From Deltaproteobacteria bacterium (GTDB lineage: Bacteria > JAMCPX01): DNA of 64,000 bases. The DNA lies in assembly GCA_023382265.1 (NCBI GenBank), contig JAMCPX010000047.1, positions 25,310-89,309 on the forward strand. Reading direction: 5' to 3'. Every line of letters starts with the position of its first letter. The first letter of the stretch is position 1. Positions 28,823 through 39,009 of this stretch are shown piece by piece. The notes beneath the pieces were generated by a model, which saw nothing but the letters and a program-made list of their open reading frames with translations, was not told the origin of the DNA and did no database searches. A program made the translations under genes and the position numbers.

Positions 28823-31066
28823 ATGAAAAGTAAAACAAAAAAACGTTTATACACATTTTTATATATCGCAGCAGGCATAATCATTGTTGCAGGCTCAGTC
28901 TCGCTTGCAATACTTTACGAGCATGTTACGGCATTGTTTCTATCAAGAGGATTTCCATCTTCTTCTATTGTTTATGCATCGCCATCATATCTCAAAAAGG
29001 GCATGGGAATATCAATGGACGCGATTCAATCAAAACTCAACACGCTTGGTTATCATCAAGCGAGCGGTATGCCGTATACGGAAGGCACGTATTCAATCTC
29101 AGGGAATAAGATTTATCTCTACACAAAAACTTTTCCCATGCCCGGATACACTATAGACCCTGTAAATGCTGTTATCAATATCTCGGATAACCGGATAGCA
29201 GATATTTTTACACGGAAACAAGAAAACTTGGACAGCGTTGAACTTGAACCGGAGGTGCTTGCAACATTTTTTGGCGATGATTTTAAAATGCGAATACCCA
29301 TACGGTTATCATCTCTTCAGGACAATTTGATCAATGCTGTCATTGTAACGGAGGATGTAAGATTTTTTGAGCATGGTGCGATAGATGTTGCAGGTATAGC
29401 GAGGGCGTTTATCAAAGACGTCTTATCGTTAAGCATAAAACAAGGCGGCAGCACCATAACGCAGCAGCTTGTAAAAAATCTTTTCTTAAATAACAGGAGA
29501 ACATTTAAGAGAAAATTTTTAGAAGCAGTTATGTCCATCATGCTTGCGGGCAAGTTCTCAAAGGCACAGATATTGAATGCCTACCTGAACGATATTTATC
29601 TCGGACAGGACATGTATGTAAGCATTGTAGGAATAGGCGCGGCAGCAAAATATTATTTCTCGAAAAAGGCAAATGAACTTACACTCAGTCAGTGTGCGAT
29701 GCTTGCAGGCTTGATTGCATCTCCCGGCAGATACTCGCCCATTGATCATCCTGCACAGGCTATTGAGAGAAGAAACTTTGTACTTAAAAAAATGTTAGAG
29801 TACAATGTGATCTCATCCGCGGAGTATGAATCGGCAATAAAGGAACCGCTTGATATTGTCATCTCGCATATCATAGTAAAAGCAGCCCCGTATTTTGTTG
29901 ATTACATATCCGATCAATTGGAAACGAAGTTTTCAAAGGCCATTCTTTCAACGGATGGATTAAGGGTATTCACAACATTGGATATGGAAACGCAGCTGAT
30001 GGCAGAAAAAGCATTAGATACAGCGCCGCATAATCTTGAGGGTGCAATGATCGTCATCCAAACGGAGACAGGATATGTGATGGCTTTGATTGGCGGTAGA
30101 AATTACAGTAAAAGCCCTTTTAATAGGGCTGTCTTTTCAGAAAGGCAAATCGGTTCATCGGTAAAACCATTTATTTATATGCTCGCATTCTCAAAATTTG
30201 CAGAACGTGGATTTTCTCAAGCCTCTATCGTCAACGATGAACCCATGCATATAAAAGTAGGCAAAAATCAATGGGAACCTCGAAACTATGACAGGATTTT
30301 TAGAGGTAAAATCACTGTTAGATATGCATTACAACATTCAATAAATATCCCAGCCGTTAAAATCGGAGAAATGGTAGGACTTCAATCTATAGCAGATACT
30401 TTAGGCTTGCTTGGGCTTGGTGCCGGTATACAGCCGTTCCCCTCTATAGTACTCGGCAGCATATCTACTTCGCCACTTGATTTATGCCTTGCCTATACCA
30501 TCTTTTCAAATCACGGATACGAACCTGTAATGCCTATCGGCATAAAGGCAATAACCGATATGCATGATAAAATTATCTATAAAGCCAGGCTTGCATTTAA
30601 ACCGATTGGTAATGATCAAGCATGCTATATAGTAAATAATGTACTACTCGGCTCAGAAACGGAAGGCACCGGTAAAGGGTTAAGGCGGTTTGATATTAAA
30701 GGTGATGTGGCAGGAAAAACGGGCACAACAAACGACTTTCATGATGCGTGGTTTGTAGGATACACACCCGATATTGTAGCTACCGTATGGCTTGGATATG
30801 ATAATGACGAAGATGTAATAGGAGAGCCTGCCGCAAAAGTCGCCTTGCCCGTAGTGGGGAAATTTCTAAGTATGTATACAACCATGTACGGAGGCAAGGT
30901 GTTTGATATCCCTTCGGGTATAAAGTTTGCATGTGTTGATAAATATACAGGCATGACGGGCTCAAGTGCAACGGCATGCGTAACCGGTGCATTTATACCC
31001 GGGACGGAACCGAAAATCAGCGGAATAAAAGGTGTGATAGATTGGCTCAAAAGGATATTCAAATAA
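28823..31066 (+). CDS. mrcA: Penicillin-binding protein 1A (bifunctional transglycosylase/transpeptidase)
   Basis: GT51 motifs 'EDVRFFEHGAID', 'GGSTITQQLVKN'; transpeptidase 'SVKPFIY', 'KTGTTND'. Confidence 0.9.
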   Translation: MKSKTKKRLYTFLYIAAGIIIVAGSVSLAILYEHVTALFLSRGFPSSSIVYASPSYLKKGMGISMDAIQSKLNTLGYHQASGMPYTEGTYSISGNKIYLYTKTFPMPGYTIDPVNAVINISDNRIADIFTRKQENLDSVELEPEVLATFFGDDFKMRIPIRLSSLQDNLINAVIVTEDVRFFEHGAIDVAGIARAFIKDVLSLSIKQGGSTITQQLVKNLFLNNRRTFKRKFLEAVMSIMLAGKFSKAQILNAYLNDIYLGQDMYVSIVGIGAAAKYYFSKKANELTLSQCAMLAGLIASPGRYSPIDHPAQAIERRNFVLKKMLEYNVISSAEYESAIKEPLDIVISHIIVKAAPYFVDYISDQLETKFSKAILSTDGLRVFTTLDMETQLMAEKALDTAPHNLEGAMIVIQTETGYVMALIGGRNYSKSPFNRAVFSERQIGSSVKPFIYMLAFSKFAERGFSQASIVNDEPMHIKVGKNQWEPRNYDRIFRGKITVRYALQHSINIPAVKIGEMVGLQSIADTLGLLGLGAGIQPFPSIVLGSISTSPLDLCLAYTIFSNHGYEPVMPIGIKAITDMHDKIIYKARLAFKPIGNDQACYIVNNVLLGSETEGTGKGLRRFDIKGDVAGKTGTTNDFHDAWFVGYTPDIVATVWLGYDNDEDVIGEPAAKVALPVVGKFLSMYTTMYGGKVFDIPSGIKFACVDKYTGMTGSSATACVTGAFIPGTEPKISGIKGVIDWLKRIFK

Positions 31067-31162
31067 TCCTGCAATGCTTTTATTACGCGCATTATGCTTT
31101 ATTCGATTATAAGGTTGTTTTTTACCGTCCCAACCCTTGCCTTTTGTAAAAAGGCATTATAA

Positions 31163-33037
31163 TTGGTTTATATGTTAAAGATATTTAAAAGTCGTTTATC
31201 TTATAGGCTTGCATCTACAATGCTCCTCATACTTATCGTGATGATGGGTATTAGTCTGTTCATATACACAAAAACCGATAAAAGGTATATAAGTTTGATG
31301 ACGAATTATCAGTTTTCTATGGTGAGTAATGCTATAAATGACCTTTTTGCAAGTACTGCGGGAAAAAACGGCCATAGCTTATCACCAAAACATATTGTAA
31401 CGGATGTTGCAGAATCAGGGAATATTGATTATATAACAATATTTAATACCGATGGAAAACCCATTGTAGCGAATATCCCATCCATGCCTCCGCCATTAAC
31501 AACGGTAGAGTTGAATAAATTAAGGCATGAATCTGACGACAGATCCATTACAGAGGTTTCATCAAGCTCCTTTGATTATATTAAGCCTATATTGCTTAAG
31601 CAATCGTGTATGAAATGTCATCATGGCACCGATCGGATTGGTTATTTAAAGTTGAGCTCAAGATATGATCATGTGTTTGAGCACGCTATAGAAATGCCTA
31701 AAAAACTTGGCATTATGTTTATCATTGTACTCGTTATCTTTGGTTTCGGCGCTGTAATAACAGTAGAAATTGTTGTTGCATCTCCGCTTAAAAGATTTAA
31801 CAAACTGATACAAAAAGCCCAGGCAAATAATTTTCTTTCACGCGGATCATCAAACAGGATAGATGAACTCGGAGATATAGAAGAGAGTTTTAACGAGATG
31901 CTCTCAAGAATAACAGAACTTATGGCTTCAACCGTGGAGAAGGAACGGGAACTTGTAACAGCAAAAGAAGAATTGCGATACAAAAAGATACTTGAAAAAC
32001 GTACCGAACAAATAGAAAAAGCAAATAAAGAACTTGAAGCAAGCTTTAGAGAGATATCGCTGTTAAACAACTTTAGCCATTATATAATATCGACTATTGA
32101 TATGAATGAGCTCTTAAGAATTGCTACTACAACGATTGTGAATACACTTGGATATAGAGAATGCGCAATCCTGTTAAAAGAGAATGATACTCTCAGGGTT
32201 TTATCTGCATTCGGATTTGAGGATAATGATAAACTCATTGGTATGGAATTTAAGCTTGATGAAGGTATTAGCGGTCATGCTGCATCAACAGGTGAACCTG
32301 CCTTGATAAGAGACACATCAAAAGATATGAGATACCTTCATTATAAAGGACAGCAAATCAAAGAGGGCTCCTTTTTAAGCCTGCCGCTCAAATATAAAAA
32401 TGAGGTAATAGGTTTACTCAATATAAGTAATGATATCGTAGATAGCTTCACAAAAAAGGATATAGCTTTTCTTTCTTCTATAGGTGCACAGTTAACCGTT
32501 ATGGTGGAAAATGCAAAACTGTATGAAAAGACAAAGGAGCTCTCAATTACAGATGACCTTACAGGCTTGTTCAATAGACGGTATCTGAGCTTTATCCTTG
32601 AAAGGGAATGGGAAAGGGCGCACAGGACATATTCGTCAATTGCGTTGCTTATGATAGATGTAGACTTCTTTAAAGAATATAATGATAAGTTTGGGCATAT
32701 TAAAGGTGATGAAGCACTTATAAAACTTTCTGATGTGTTAAGAACAAATACAAGGGGAATTGATATATCCATTAGATACGGCGGCGAAGAATTTATTATT
32801 GTACTCCCCGATACGGATATAAACGGCGCACTGATAGTGGCGGAAAAATTAAGGGCAAAGGTAGAGGAGGCATTTTTACAAAATGGGGTACAGGTTTTAA
32901 CTGTAAGTATTGGTGTAGCATCGTATCCGGAGGGAAAAGTATTAAATGTCAATGAACTTTTGTACGCGGTTGATATAGCATTATATGAATCAAAAAAAAG
33001 GGGAAGGAATAAGATCACCCAATATGGGGGTATTTAA
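31163..33037 (+). CDS. Sensor diguanylate cyclase (periplasmic CxxCH sensor domain - HAMP - GAF - GGDEF)
   Basis: Two TMs flanking a periplasmic domain with 'CMKCH'; GAF domain; 'RYGGEEF' GGDEF active site. Confidence 0.85.
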   Translation: MVYMLKIFKSRLSYRLASTMLLILIVMMGISLFIYTKTDKRYISLMTNYQFSMVSNAINDLFASTAGKNGHSLSPKHIVTDVAESGNIDYITIFNTDGKPIVANIPSMPPPLTTVELNKLRHESDDRSITEVSSSSFDYIKPILLKQSCMKCHHGTDRIGYLKLSSRYDHVFEHAIEMPKKLGIMFIIVLVIFGFGAVITVEIVVASPLKRFNKLIQKAQANNFLSRGSSNRIDELGDIEESFNEMLSRITELMASTVEKERELVTAKEELRYKKILEKRTEQIEKANKELEASFREISLLNNFSHYIISTIDMNELLRIATTTIVNTLGYRECAILLKENDTLRVLSAFGFEDNDKLIGMEFKLDEGISGHAASTGEPALIRDTSKDMRYLHYKGQQIKEGSFLSLPLKYKNEVIGLLNISNDIVDSFTKKDIAFLSSIGAQLTVMVENAKLYEKTKELSITDDLTGLFNRRYLSFILEREWERAHRTYSSIALLMIDVDFFKEYNDKFGHIKGDEALIKLSDVLRTNTRGIDISIRYGGEEFIIVLPDTDINGALIVAEKLRAKVEEAFLQNGVQVLTVSIGVASYPEGKVLNVNELLYAVDIALYESKKRGRNKITQYGGI

Positions 33038-33052
33038 ACAGGAGGCATATAG

Positions 33053-34129
33053 ATGGCAAACTCTCGCATAGAAGAATTAAGAAAAAAAATAGATGTAATC
33101 GATGATCGGTTGCTTGAACTACTTAATGAAAGGATCAACGCGGCCATAAAAATAGGGCAAGAGAAAAAAAGGCTCTCTGCTCCGGTTTATGTTCCTTCGA
33201 GAGAAACTTTCATCGTAAGCAGACTTATAAAAAATAATAAAGGGCCTTTAAAAAATGAATCTATAAAACATATTTTTAAAGAGATTTTTTCTGCATCAAG
33301 AGCATCTGTGATGCCTCCAAAGATCGCTTACCTTGGTCCTGAAGGAACTTTTGCAAATCAAGCGGCATTGCTTGAATTCGGGAATTCCTATCCTCTGATG
33401 CCTGCAAAGAATATTCAGGATGTATTCAATGAAACAGAATATAGCAACTGTGATTTTGGGGTAGTCCCGATAGAAAACTCCATGGAGGGAACCGTATCAC
33501 AAACCCTTGATCTGTTTATAGATGCCAATCTTTTTATAGTAAAAGAAGTATATGTTCCTGTTAGTTATGTTCTGGCAACAAAAGAGAAGATAAAGATTGA
33601 TAAGATAAAACGAGTGTACTCGCATCCGCAGGCAATTGCACAGTGCAGAAAATGGATAAGGGAGCACCTTCCAGGGGTTGTTACTGTAGATACGGAGAGT
33701 ACTGCACAGGCGGCAAAACTGATACAGAAAAGTGATTCTTCAGCAGCCATTGTCAGTGAACTTACGGCAAATATGTATAATCTGAAGTTTCTATCAAAAA
33801 GGCTCGAAGAAAATCCAAACAATGTAACGAGATTTGTCGTAATAGGCAAAATACATCCGGAGAGAACAGGGAATGATAAGACATCATTTATCTTTTCTCT
33901 AAAGGATAAACCCGGAACCCTGTTTGCCGCTTTAAAGCCGTTTGCCTCTTATAAGGTTAACATGACAAAGATAGAATCAAGGCCATTAAAGAAAAAGGCA
34001 TGGGAATATCTTTTCTTTGTAGATATAGATGGACATATTGAGGATAATAATATACAAAGATTAGTTGACGAGTTAAAAGTACATACAATCTTTTTTAAAT
34101 GTATAGGTTCATATCCAAAGGCACTATGA
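33053..34129 (+). CDS. pheA: Bifunctional chorismate mutase / prephenate dehydratase
   Basis: N-terminal CM domain, PDT domain, C-terminal ACT domain. Confidence 0.9.
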   Translation: MANSRIEELRKKIDVIDDRLLELLNERINAAIKIGQEKKRLSAPVYVPSRETFIVSRLIKNNKGPLKNESIKHIFKEIFSASRASVMPPKIAYLGPEGTFANQAALLEFGNSYPLMPAKNIQDVFNETEYSNCDFGVVPIENSMEGTVSQTLDLFIDANLFIVKEVYVPVSYVLATKEKIKIDKIKRVYSHPQAIAQCRKWIREHLPGVVTVDTESTAQAAKLIQKSDSSAAIVSELTANMYNLKFLSKRLEENPNNVTRFVVIGKIHPERTGNDKTSFIFSLKDKPGTLFAALKPFASYKVNMTKIESRPLKKKAWEYLFFVDIDGHIEDNNIQRLVDELKVHTIFFKCIGSYPKAL

Positions 34130-34145
34130 TTTTTCAGGAGATAAC

Positions 34146-35258
34146 ATGACATATAAATTTGTAGCACCATACATAAAAGAAATTGTTCCATATCCTCCGG
34201 GGAAACCTATAGAAGAAGTAGAAAGAGAACTCGGCATCTCAAACTCTATAAAGATTGCATCTAATGAAAATCCTCTTGGGCCATCTCCGGTTGCCGTTAA
34301 GGCTATAAGGAAGGCATTAAAGGGTATAAACCGATATCCGGACGGCAGCTGCTTCTATCTTAAAAATAAGCTTTCAGATATGCTGAAAATAGATGCGCAG
34401 TCCCTGATCATAGGCAATGGCTCAAACGAACTGATAGAACTCATAATCAGGACGTTTCTTAAGCCGGATGATGAAGCAATCATATCCGATCCGAGCTTTC
34501 TCATATACTCTCTAACCGTAAAATCAGCAGGCGGAAAACCCATAATGGTAAAATTATTAAAAGATTTCAGCTATGATATAGACGGTATAATAAATACGAT
34601 AAATAGCAAAACAAGGTTAATCTTTATATCGAATCCCAACAATCCTACAGGAACGATTATAAAAAGTAATGATTATGAAAGGCTTATAAACGGTGTGCCC
34701 GAGCACACAATTATTGTTGATGATGAGGCATACATGGAGTTTGTTGAGGATAAAGATTATCCCGACGGCGTAGAGTATGTCAAACAAAAAGACAGGAATA
34801 TAATAGTCTTAAGGACATTTTCAAAGCTTTACGGACTTGCAGGTTTAAGAGTCGGCTATGGGATTACAACAAAAGAGCTCGCAGATTATATTGAAAGAGT
34901 AAGACAGCCTTTTAATGTGAATAACATTGCACAGGTCGGTGCATTGGCATCACTTGAGGACAGGGAACATGTTAAAAAAACACTCAGGAATAACCACTCA
35001 GGCCTTGCATATCTTTATAAAGAGCTCGATAAGCTTGGGATCGTATACTTTAAAACGCAGGCCAACTTCTTTCTTATAAATGTATCCCCTTACATGAAAG
35101 CAGTGGATGCGTTTAAGGCATTATTGAAAAGGGGGATTATTGTAAGAGATATGACTGGTTACGGTCTTGGTGATTATATAAGGATCAATGTTGGAAAACC
35201 AAAAGAGAATAAAAAATTTATAGTGGAACTCAGAAACCTGATAAATAGCCATGAGTAA
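34146..35258 (+). CDS. Histidinol-phosphate/aromatic aminotransferase (class II, HisC family)
   Basis: PLP-lysine 'RTFSKLYGLAGLRVGY'; embedded in the aromatic amino-acid cluster. Confidence 0.85.
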   Translation: MTYKFVAPYIKEIVPYPPGKPIEEVERELGISNSIKIASNENPLGPSPVAVKAIRKALKGINRYPDGSCFYLKNKLSDMLKIDAQSLIIGNGSNELIELIIRTFLKPDDEAIISDPSFLIYSLTVKSAGGKPIMVKLLKDFSYDIDGIINTINSKTRLIFISNPNNPTGTIIKSNDYERLINGVPEHTIIVDDEAYMEFVEDKDYPDGVEYVKQKDRNIIVLRTFSKLYGLAGLRVGYGITTKELADYIERVRQPFNVNNIAQVGALASLEDREHVKKTLRNNHSGLAYLYKELDKLGIVYFKTQANFFLINVSPYMKAVDAFKALLKRGIIVRDMTGYGLGDYIRINVGKPKENKKFIVELRNLINSHE

Positions 35259-36123
35259 ACCATTCTATGAACAGGTTGCTGTAATAGGTATTGGAATGAT
35301 GGGCACATCCCTTGCCCTCGCTATAAAGAAAAACGGTTTATCGGAAAATATAGTTGGTGTTGACAGGAACTTTGATAATCTTAAAACAGCAAAAAGGCTT
35401 CAGGCTATAGACTCATACACTGATTGTCTGAAAGATGCTATCGCAGACGCTGTACTTGTAATCTTTGCAACACCAGTTTTAGCCACATTTGAAGTGGCAA
35501 AAAGGATCGTATATGCCGTTAAAAATGATGCCATAATTACAGATATCGGGAGTATCAAAGGTGAACTTGTGATAAGAATGACAGAGCTGTTTAAGGGTCA
35601 TGGTAATTACATAGGCAGTCACCCTATTACAGGAACGGAGAAATCCGGGGCAATGAATGCTGTCGAAGGGTTGTTTGAGAATAAAAGATGTATAATAACG
35701 CCCGTTGAGAAGACAGATAATTTTACAGTAGAGGCTGCAAAAAGATTCTGGGAATCAATAGGGTCCGATGTGGTAATAATGAATCCTCACGAGCATGATA
35801 GAACAATGGCAGCGGTTTCTCACATGCCGCATGCAATTGCTTATACACTAATTAAGAGCATTATGGAACAGGAGAAGGCAGGATATGCCCTATTTCAATT
35901 TGCTGGCGGCGGCTTGAAGGATTATACAAGGATAGCTGCAAGTGATCCTGTTATGTGGAGGGATATCTTTATGTCAAACTCTGAAGAGATTCTTCATGCA
36001 ATTGAAGGATTTAATAAATCCCTTGGTAATCTGACGGATATGATAAAATCAAAAGACCTTAAAGGTATACATAACTTTCTAGAAGAGGTAAAAGAAGTAA
36101 GGAGGTCTATTGCAGATAAATGA
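35251..36123 (+). CDS. tyrA: Prephenate dehydrogenase
   Basis: 'VAVIGIGMMGTSLA' NAD motif; 'HPITGTE' catalytic region. Confidence 0.85.
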   Translation: MSKPFYEQVAVIGIGMMGTSLALAIKKNGLSENIVGVDRNFDNLKTAKRLQAIDSYTDCLKDAIADAVLVIFATPVLATFEVAKRIVYAVKNDAIITDIGSIKGELVIRMTELFKGHGNYIGSHPITGTEKSGAMNAVEGLFENKRCIITPVEKTDNFTVEAAKRFWESIGSDVVIMNPHEHDRTMAAVSHMPHAIAYTLIKSIMEQEKAGYALFQFAGGGLKDYTRIAASDPVMWRDIFMSNSEEILHAIEGFNKSLGNLTDMIKSKDLKGIHNFLEEVKEVRRSIADK

Positions 36124-37415
36124 ACATCAATTATGTATCATTTCAACCATTGGAAAGGCTTGAAGGAATAATAATAGTTCCCGGGGATAAATCCATTTCC
36201 CATAGAGCGCTGTTCATATCATCACTTGCCTCCGGGATAAGCCGTATAAATAATATCTTGATTGCAGAAGATGTCCTGAGTACTATAGTGTGTTTAAGAA
36301 TGCTTGGTGTCGATATCAAATTAACGGGGAATTCGGTTGTTGTAAAAGCAGACGGTATCGATAGTTTTAAAGAGCCTGCCGGTGTACTTAATGCAGGGAA
36401 CTCGGGCACAACAACAAGGATAATACTCGGGATATTGAGTACAAGGAATTTTTTCTCTGTAATAACAGGGGATGACTCTTTAAGCTCAAGACCCATGAGA
36501 CGTATCACAGCTCCGCTTATGATAATGGGTGCATCTATAGACGGTAGAGATAATGGAAACTATCTGCCTGTATCAGTAAGAGGAGGGGGACTAAAAGGTA
36601 TTAATTACAATATGCCTGTAGCATCTGCTCAGGTAAAAACAGGCTTAATATTGGCATCTACCGGTGCAAAAGGTGTGATGAGTATAAAAGAGCCTATAAG
36701 CACAAGAGATCACACGGAAAGAATGCTTAAGGCAAGCGGTGTAAATTTAAAAACAGAGGACAATACTATAGAGCTTAGCTGTTCTCAGAAACCTTTGCCG
36801 TTGAATATCGTGATTCCAGGTGATTTTTCTTCTGCTGCGTTTTTTATTGGTGCCGCACTTATAGCAAAAGAATCGGATGTCTTGATAAAGGGTGTAGGGA
36901 TAAACTATGGAAGAACAGGCTTGCTGGATATAGTAAAAAGCATGGGTGCAAAAATAGAACTTCTCAATGAAAGATATGAAACGGGTGAGTCTGTCGCTGA
37001 TATACATATTAAACCTGCAAAACTCAAAGGCATTGTTATTGATGATAAATCTCTTATCGTAAGGTCCATTGACGAGATCCCGGTACTTGCAGTGATCGCT
37101 GCTTGTGCTGACGGAGAAACGGTTATAAGACACGCTGAAGAATTAAGGGTAAAAGAGACTGATCGTATAAAAGCCGTTGTTGAAGGTTTGACAGCTCTTG
37201 GCATAAAGGCAAAAGAACTCGATGATGGCATGGTTATACAAGGCGGAACAATAAAAGGAGGAACTGTAGACAGCCATGATGATCACAGAATCGCAATGGC
37301 TTTTGCAATATCTTCCGTAGCAAGTACAAAGGAAGTTTTTATTAATGATTTTAATGCTGTGGGTATTTCTTTCCCGGAGTTTATGGATATATTTAATACA
37401 TTGAGGCATCGATGA
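36120..37415 (+). CDS. aroA: 3-phosphoshikimate 1-carboxyvinyltransferase (EPSP synthase)
   Basis: 431 aa; 'PGDKSISHRAL', 'LNAGNSGTTTR', 'DHRIAMAFA' motifs. Confidence 0.9.
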   Translation: MNINYVSFQPLERLEGIIIVPGDKSISHRALFISSLASGISRINNILIAEDVLSTIVCLRMLGVDIKLTGNSVVVKADGIDSFKEPAGVLNAGNSGTTTRIILGILSTRNFFSVITGDDSLSSRPMRRITAPLMIMGASIDGRDNGNYLPVSVRGGGLKGINYNMPVASAQVKTGLILASTGAKGVMSIKEPISTRDHTERMLKASGVNLKTEDNTIELSCSQKPLPLNIVIPGDFSSAAFFIGAALIAKESDVLIKGVGINYGRTGLLDIVKSMGAKIELLNERYETGESVADIHIKPAKLKGIVIDDKSLIVRSIDEIPVLAVIAACADGETVIRHAEELRVKETDRIKAVVEGLTALGIKAKELDDGMVIQGGTIKGGTVDSHDDHRIAMAFAISSVASTKEVFINDFNAVGISFPEFMDIFNTLRHR

Positions 37416-38968
37416 AAAAATCTGTAATTATAGCAATCGACGGGCCTTCCGGCAGCGGTAAAAGCACTATAAGTACTGCGGTTGCCCGCATGCTTGGGTT
37501 CAATTATATAAATAGCGGCAGTCTTTACAGGGCCATTGCTTTAAAGGCTTTAAACAGCCGTATCGCGATTGAAGATGAAAAAAGTATTTCGAAAACGGCA
37601 TTGAATACTATCTTTGAGATCAAAAGGGTTGGGAATAGATGGGTATTGTTTATGGATAATATAGACATAAGTCTCGCAATAAAGGCTCCAGAAATTGCTC
37701 AAGCTTCCTCTCAGGTATCAACACTATCGGGGATCAGAGATATAATCAATAAACTCATTAAGGGGATGATAAAGGGCAATACTGTTGTGGAGGGCAGGGA
37801 TATTGGTACTGTCGTATTCCCTGATGCGGCACTCAAATTTTTTCTAACAGCCTCTGTAGACGAAAGAGCAAAGAGGAGATATCAAGAACTTTTATCATCA
37901 CGGATTGGTAAACCGTATGAGATCATACGTAAAGAAATTGATGACAGGGATATGAGAGATACTTCAAGAGATATTGCCCCTTTAATAGCCGCTCGTGATG
38001 CTATTATTGTTAATACGGATAACATGTCTGAGCACGATGTGGTGATCAAGCTTTATGATAAGGTAAAAGCAACATTGTCTCTTAAATTTATAGATAATGT
38101 AAACGGCATAGAGCTTTATACAACAGCATCCGCTGGCTTTTGCTTTGGGGTAAAAAGGGCTATAGATATAGCCGTTAAAACGGTAAAGCAAGAAAAAGAG
38201 ATCTATACTCTTGGCCCTCTTATACATAATCCACAGGAAGTAAAAAGGCTCGAGGACATGGGCATAAAACCCGTGAATGATATTGATACAATGACATCAG
38301 GAACTCTTATATATAGATCACATGGGGTTACTACAGAGGAGCATCAAATAGCAAAAGAGAAATCGTTAAAAACCATAAACGCTACATGCCCGTTTGTCAC
38401 AAGATCGCAAAGGCTTGTAAAAAGTCTTACGAATAGCGGTTATTATGTGGTTATAGTAGGGGATGCCAATCATCCGGAAGTGAAAAGCCTGTTAAGCTAT
38501 GCCTCCGGCGGGCAGGTAACAGCTGTAAAGAATGCACAGGAGATCAGTACAATTGGTAAGGTTAAGAAACTTGCCGTACTTGCCCAGACAACCCAGTCAA
38601 TGGAAAATTTTAAAAATGTGATCTCCGCTCTTGTTGACGATGTTTATGAACTTGTTATTTATAATACCATATGTGATGCTACAAGAATAAGGCAGGATGA
38701 GGCTGCGTTGCTTGCCATGGCAGTAGATGTTGTAATCGTTGTAGGCGGGTTCAACAGCTCGAATACAAATAAGCTTGCAAATATATGTAAAGCGATTAAC
38801 CTTAAGACATATCATATAGAACATCCTGTACATATAAAGGAAGAAATGTTGATAGATGCTAAAAAAATTGGTATTACGGCAGGTGCATCCACACCTATAT
38901 GGTTGATCAGAGATGTTTTAATTAGACTAAAGAAGATGAGCAGAAAATTATCAAAAACTTATATATAA
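37412..38968 (+). CDS. ispH: Fusion protein: cytidylate kinase (N) + 4-hydroxy-3-methylbut-2-enyl diphosphate reductase IspH/LytB (C)
   Basis: N-terminal 'IAIDGPSGSGKST' Cmk P-loop (~220 aa); from ~aa 225 'GFCFGVKRAI' IspH start with three conserved Cys (~290 aa); one continuous 518-aa ORF. Confidence 0.85.
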   Translation: MKKSVIIAIDGPSGSGKSTISTAVARMLGFNYINSGSLYRAIALKALNSRIAIEDEKSISKTALNTIFEIKRVGNRWVLFMDNIDISLAIKAPEIAQASSQVSTLSGIRDIINKLIKGMIKGNTVVEGRDIGTVVFPDAALKFFLTASVDERAKRRYQELLSSRIGKPYEIIRKEIDDRDMRDTSRDIAPLIAARDAIIVNTDNMSEHDVVIKLYDKVKATLSLKFIDNVNGIELYTTASAGFCFGVKRAIDIAVKTVKQEKEIYTLGPLIHNPQEVKRLEDMGIKPVNDIDTMTSGTLIYRSHGVTTEEHQIAKEKSLKTINATCPFVTRSQRLVKSLTNSGYYVVIVGDANHPEVKSLLSYASGGQVTAVKNAQEISTIGKVKKLAVLAQTTQSMENFKNVISALVDDVYELVIYNTICDATRIRQDEAALLAMAVDVVIVVGGFNSSNTNKLANICKAINLKTYHIEHPVHIKEEMLIDAKKIGITAGASTPIWLIRDVLIRLKKMSRKLSKTYI

Positions 38969-39009
38969 TTGTAATTTTTAATAAAAAATAATCAGGAGGA
39001 TCAATATAA

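Noticed and set aside
31137-31155. GCCTTTTGTAAAAGGC hairpin after the PBP1A gene as a rho-independent terminator
   Set aside because: 6-bp stem with a 4-nt loop and only a short, interrupted T-run; plausible but not convincing
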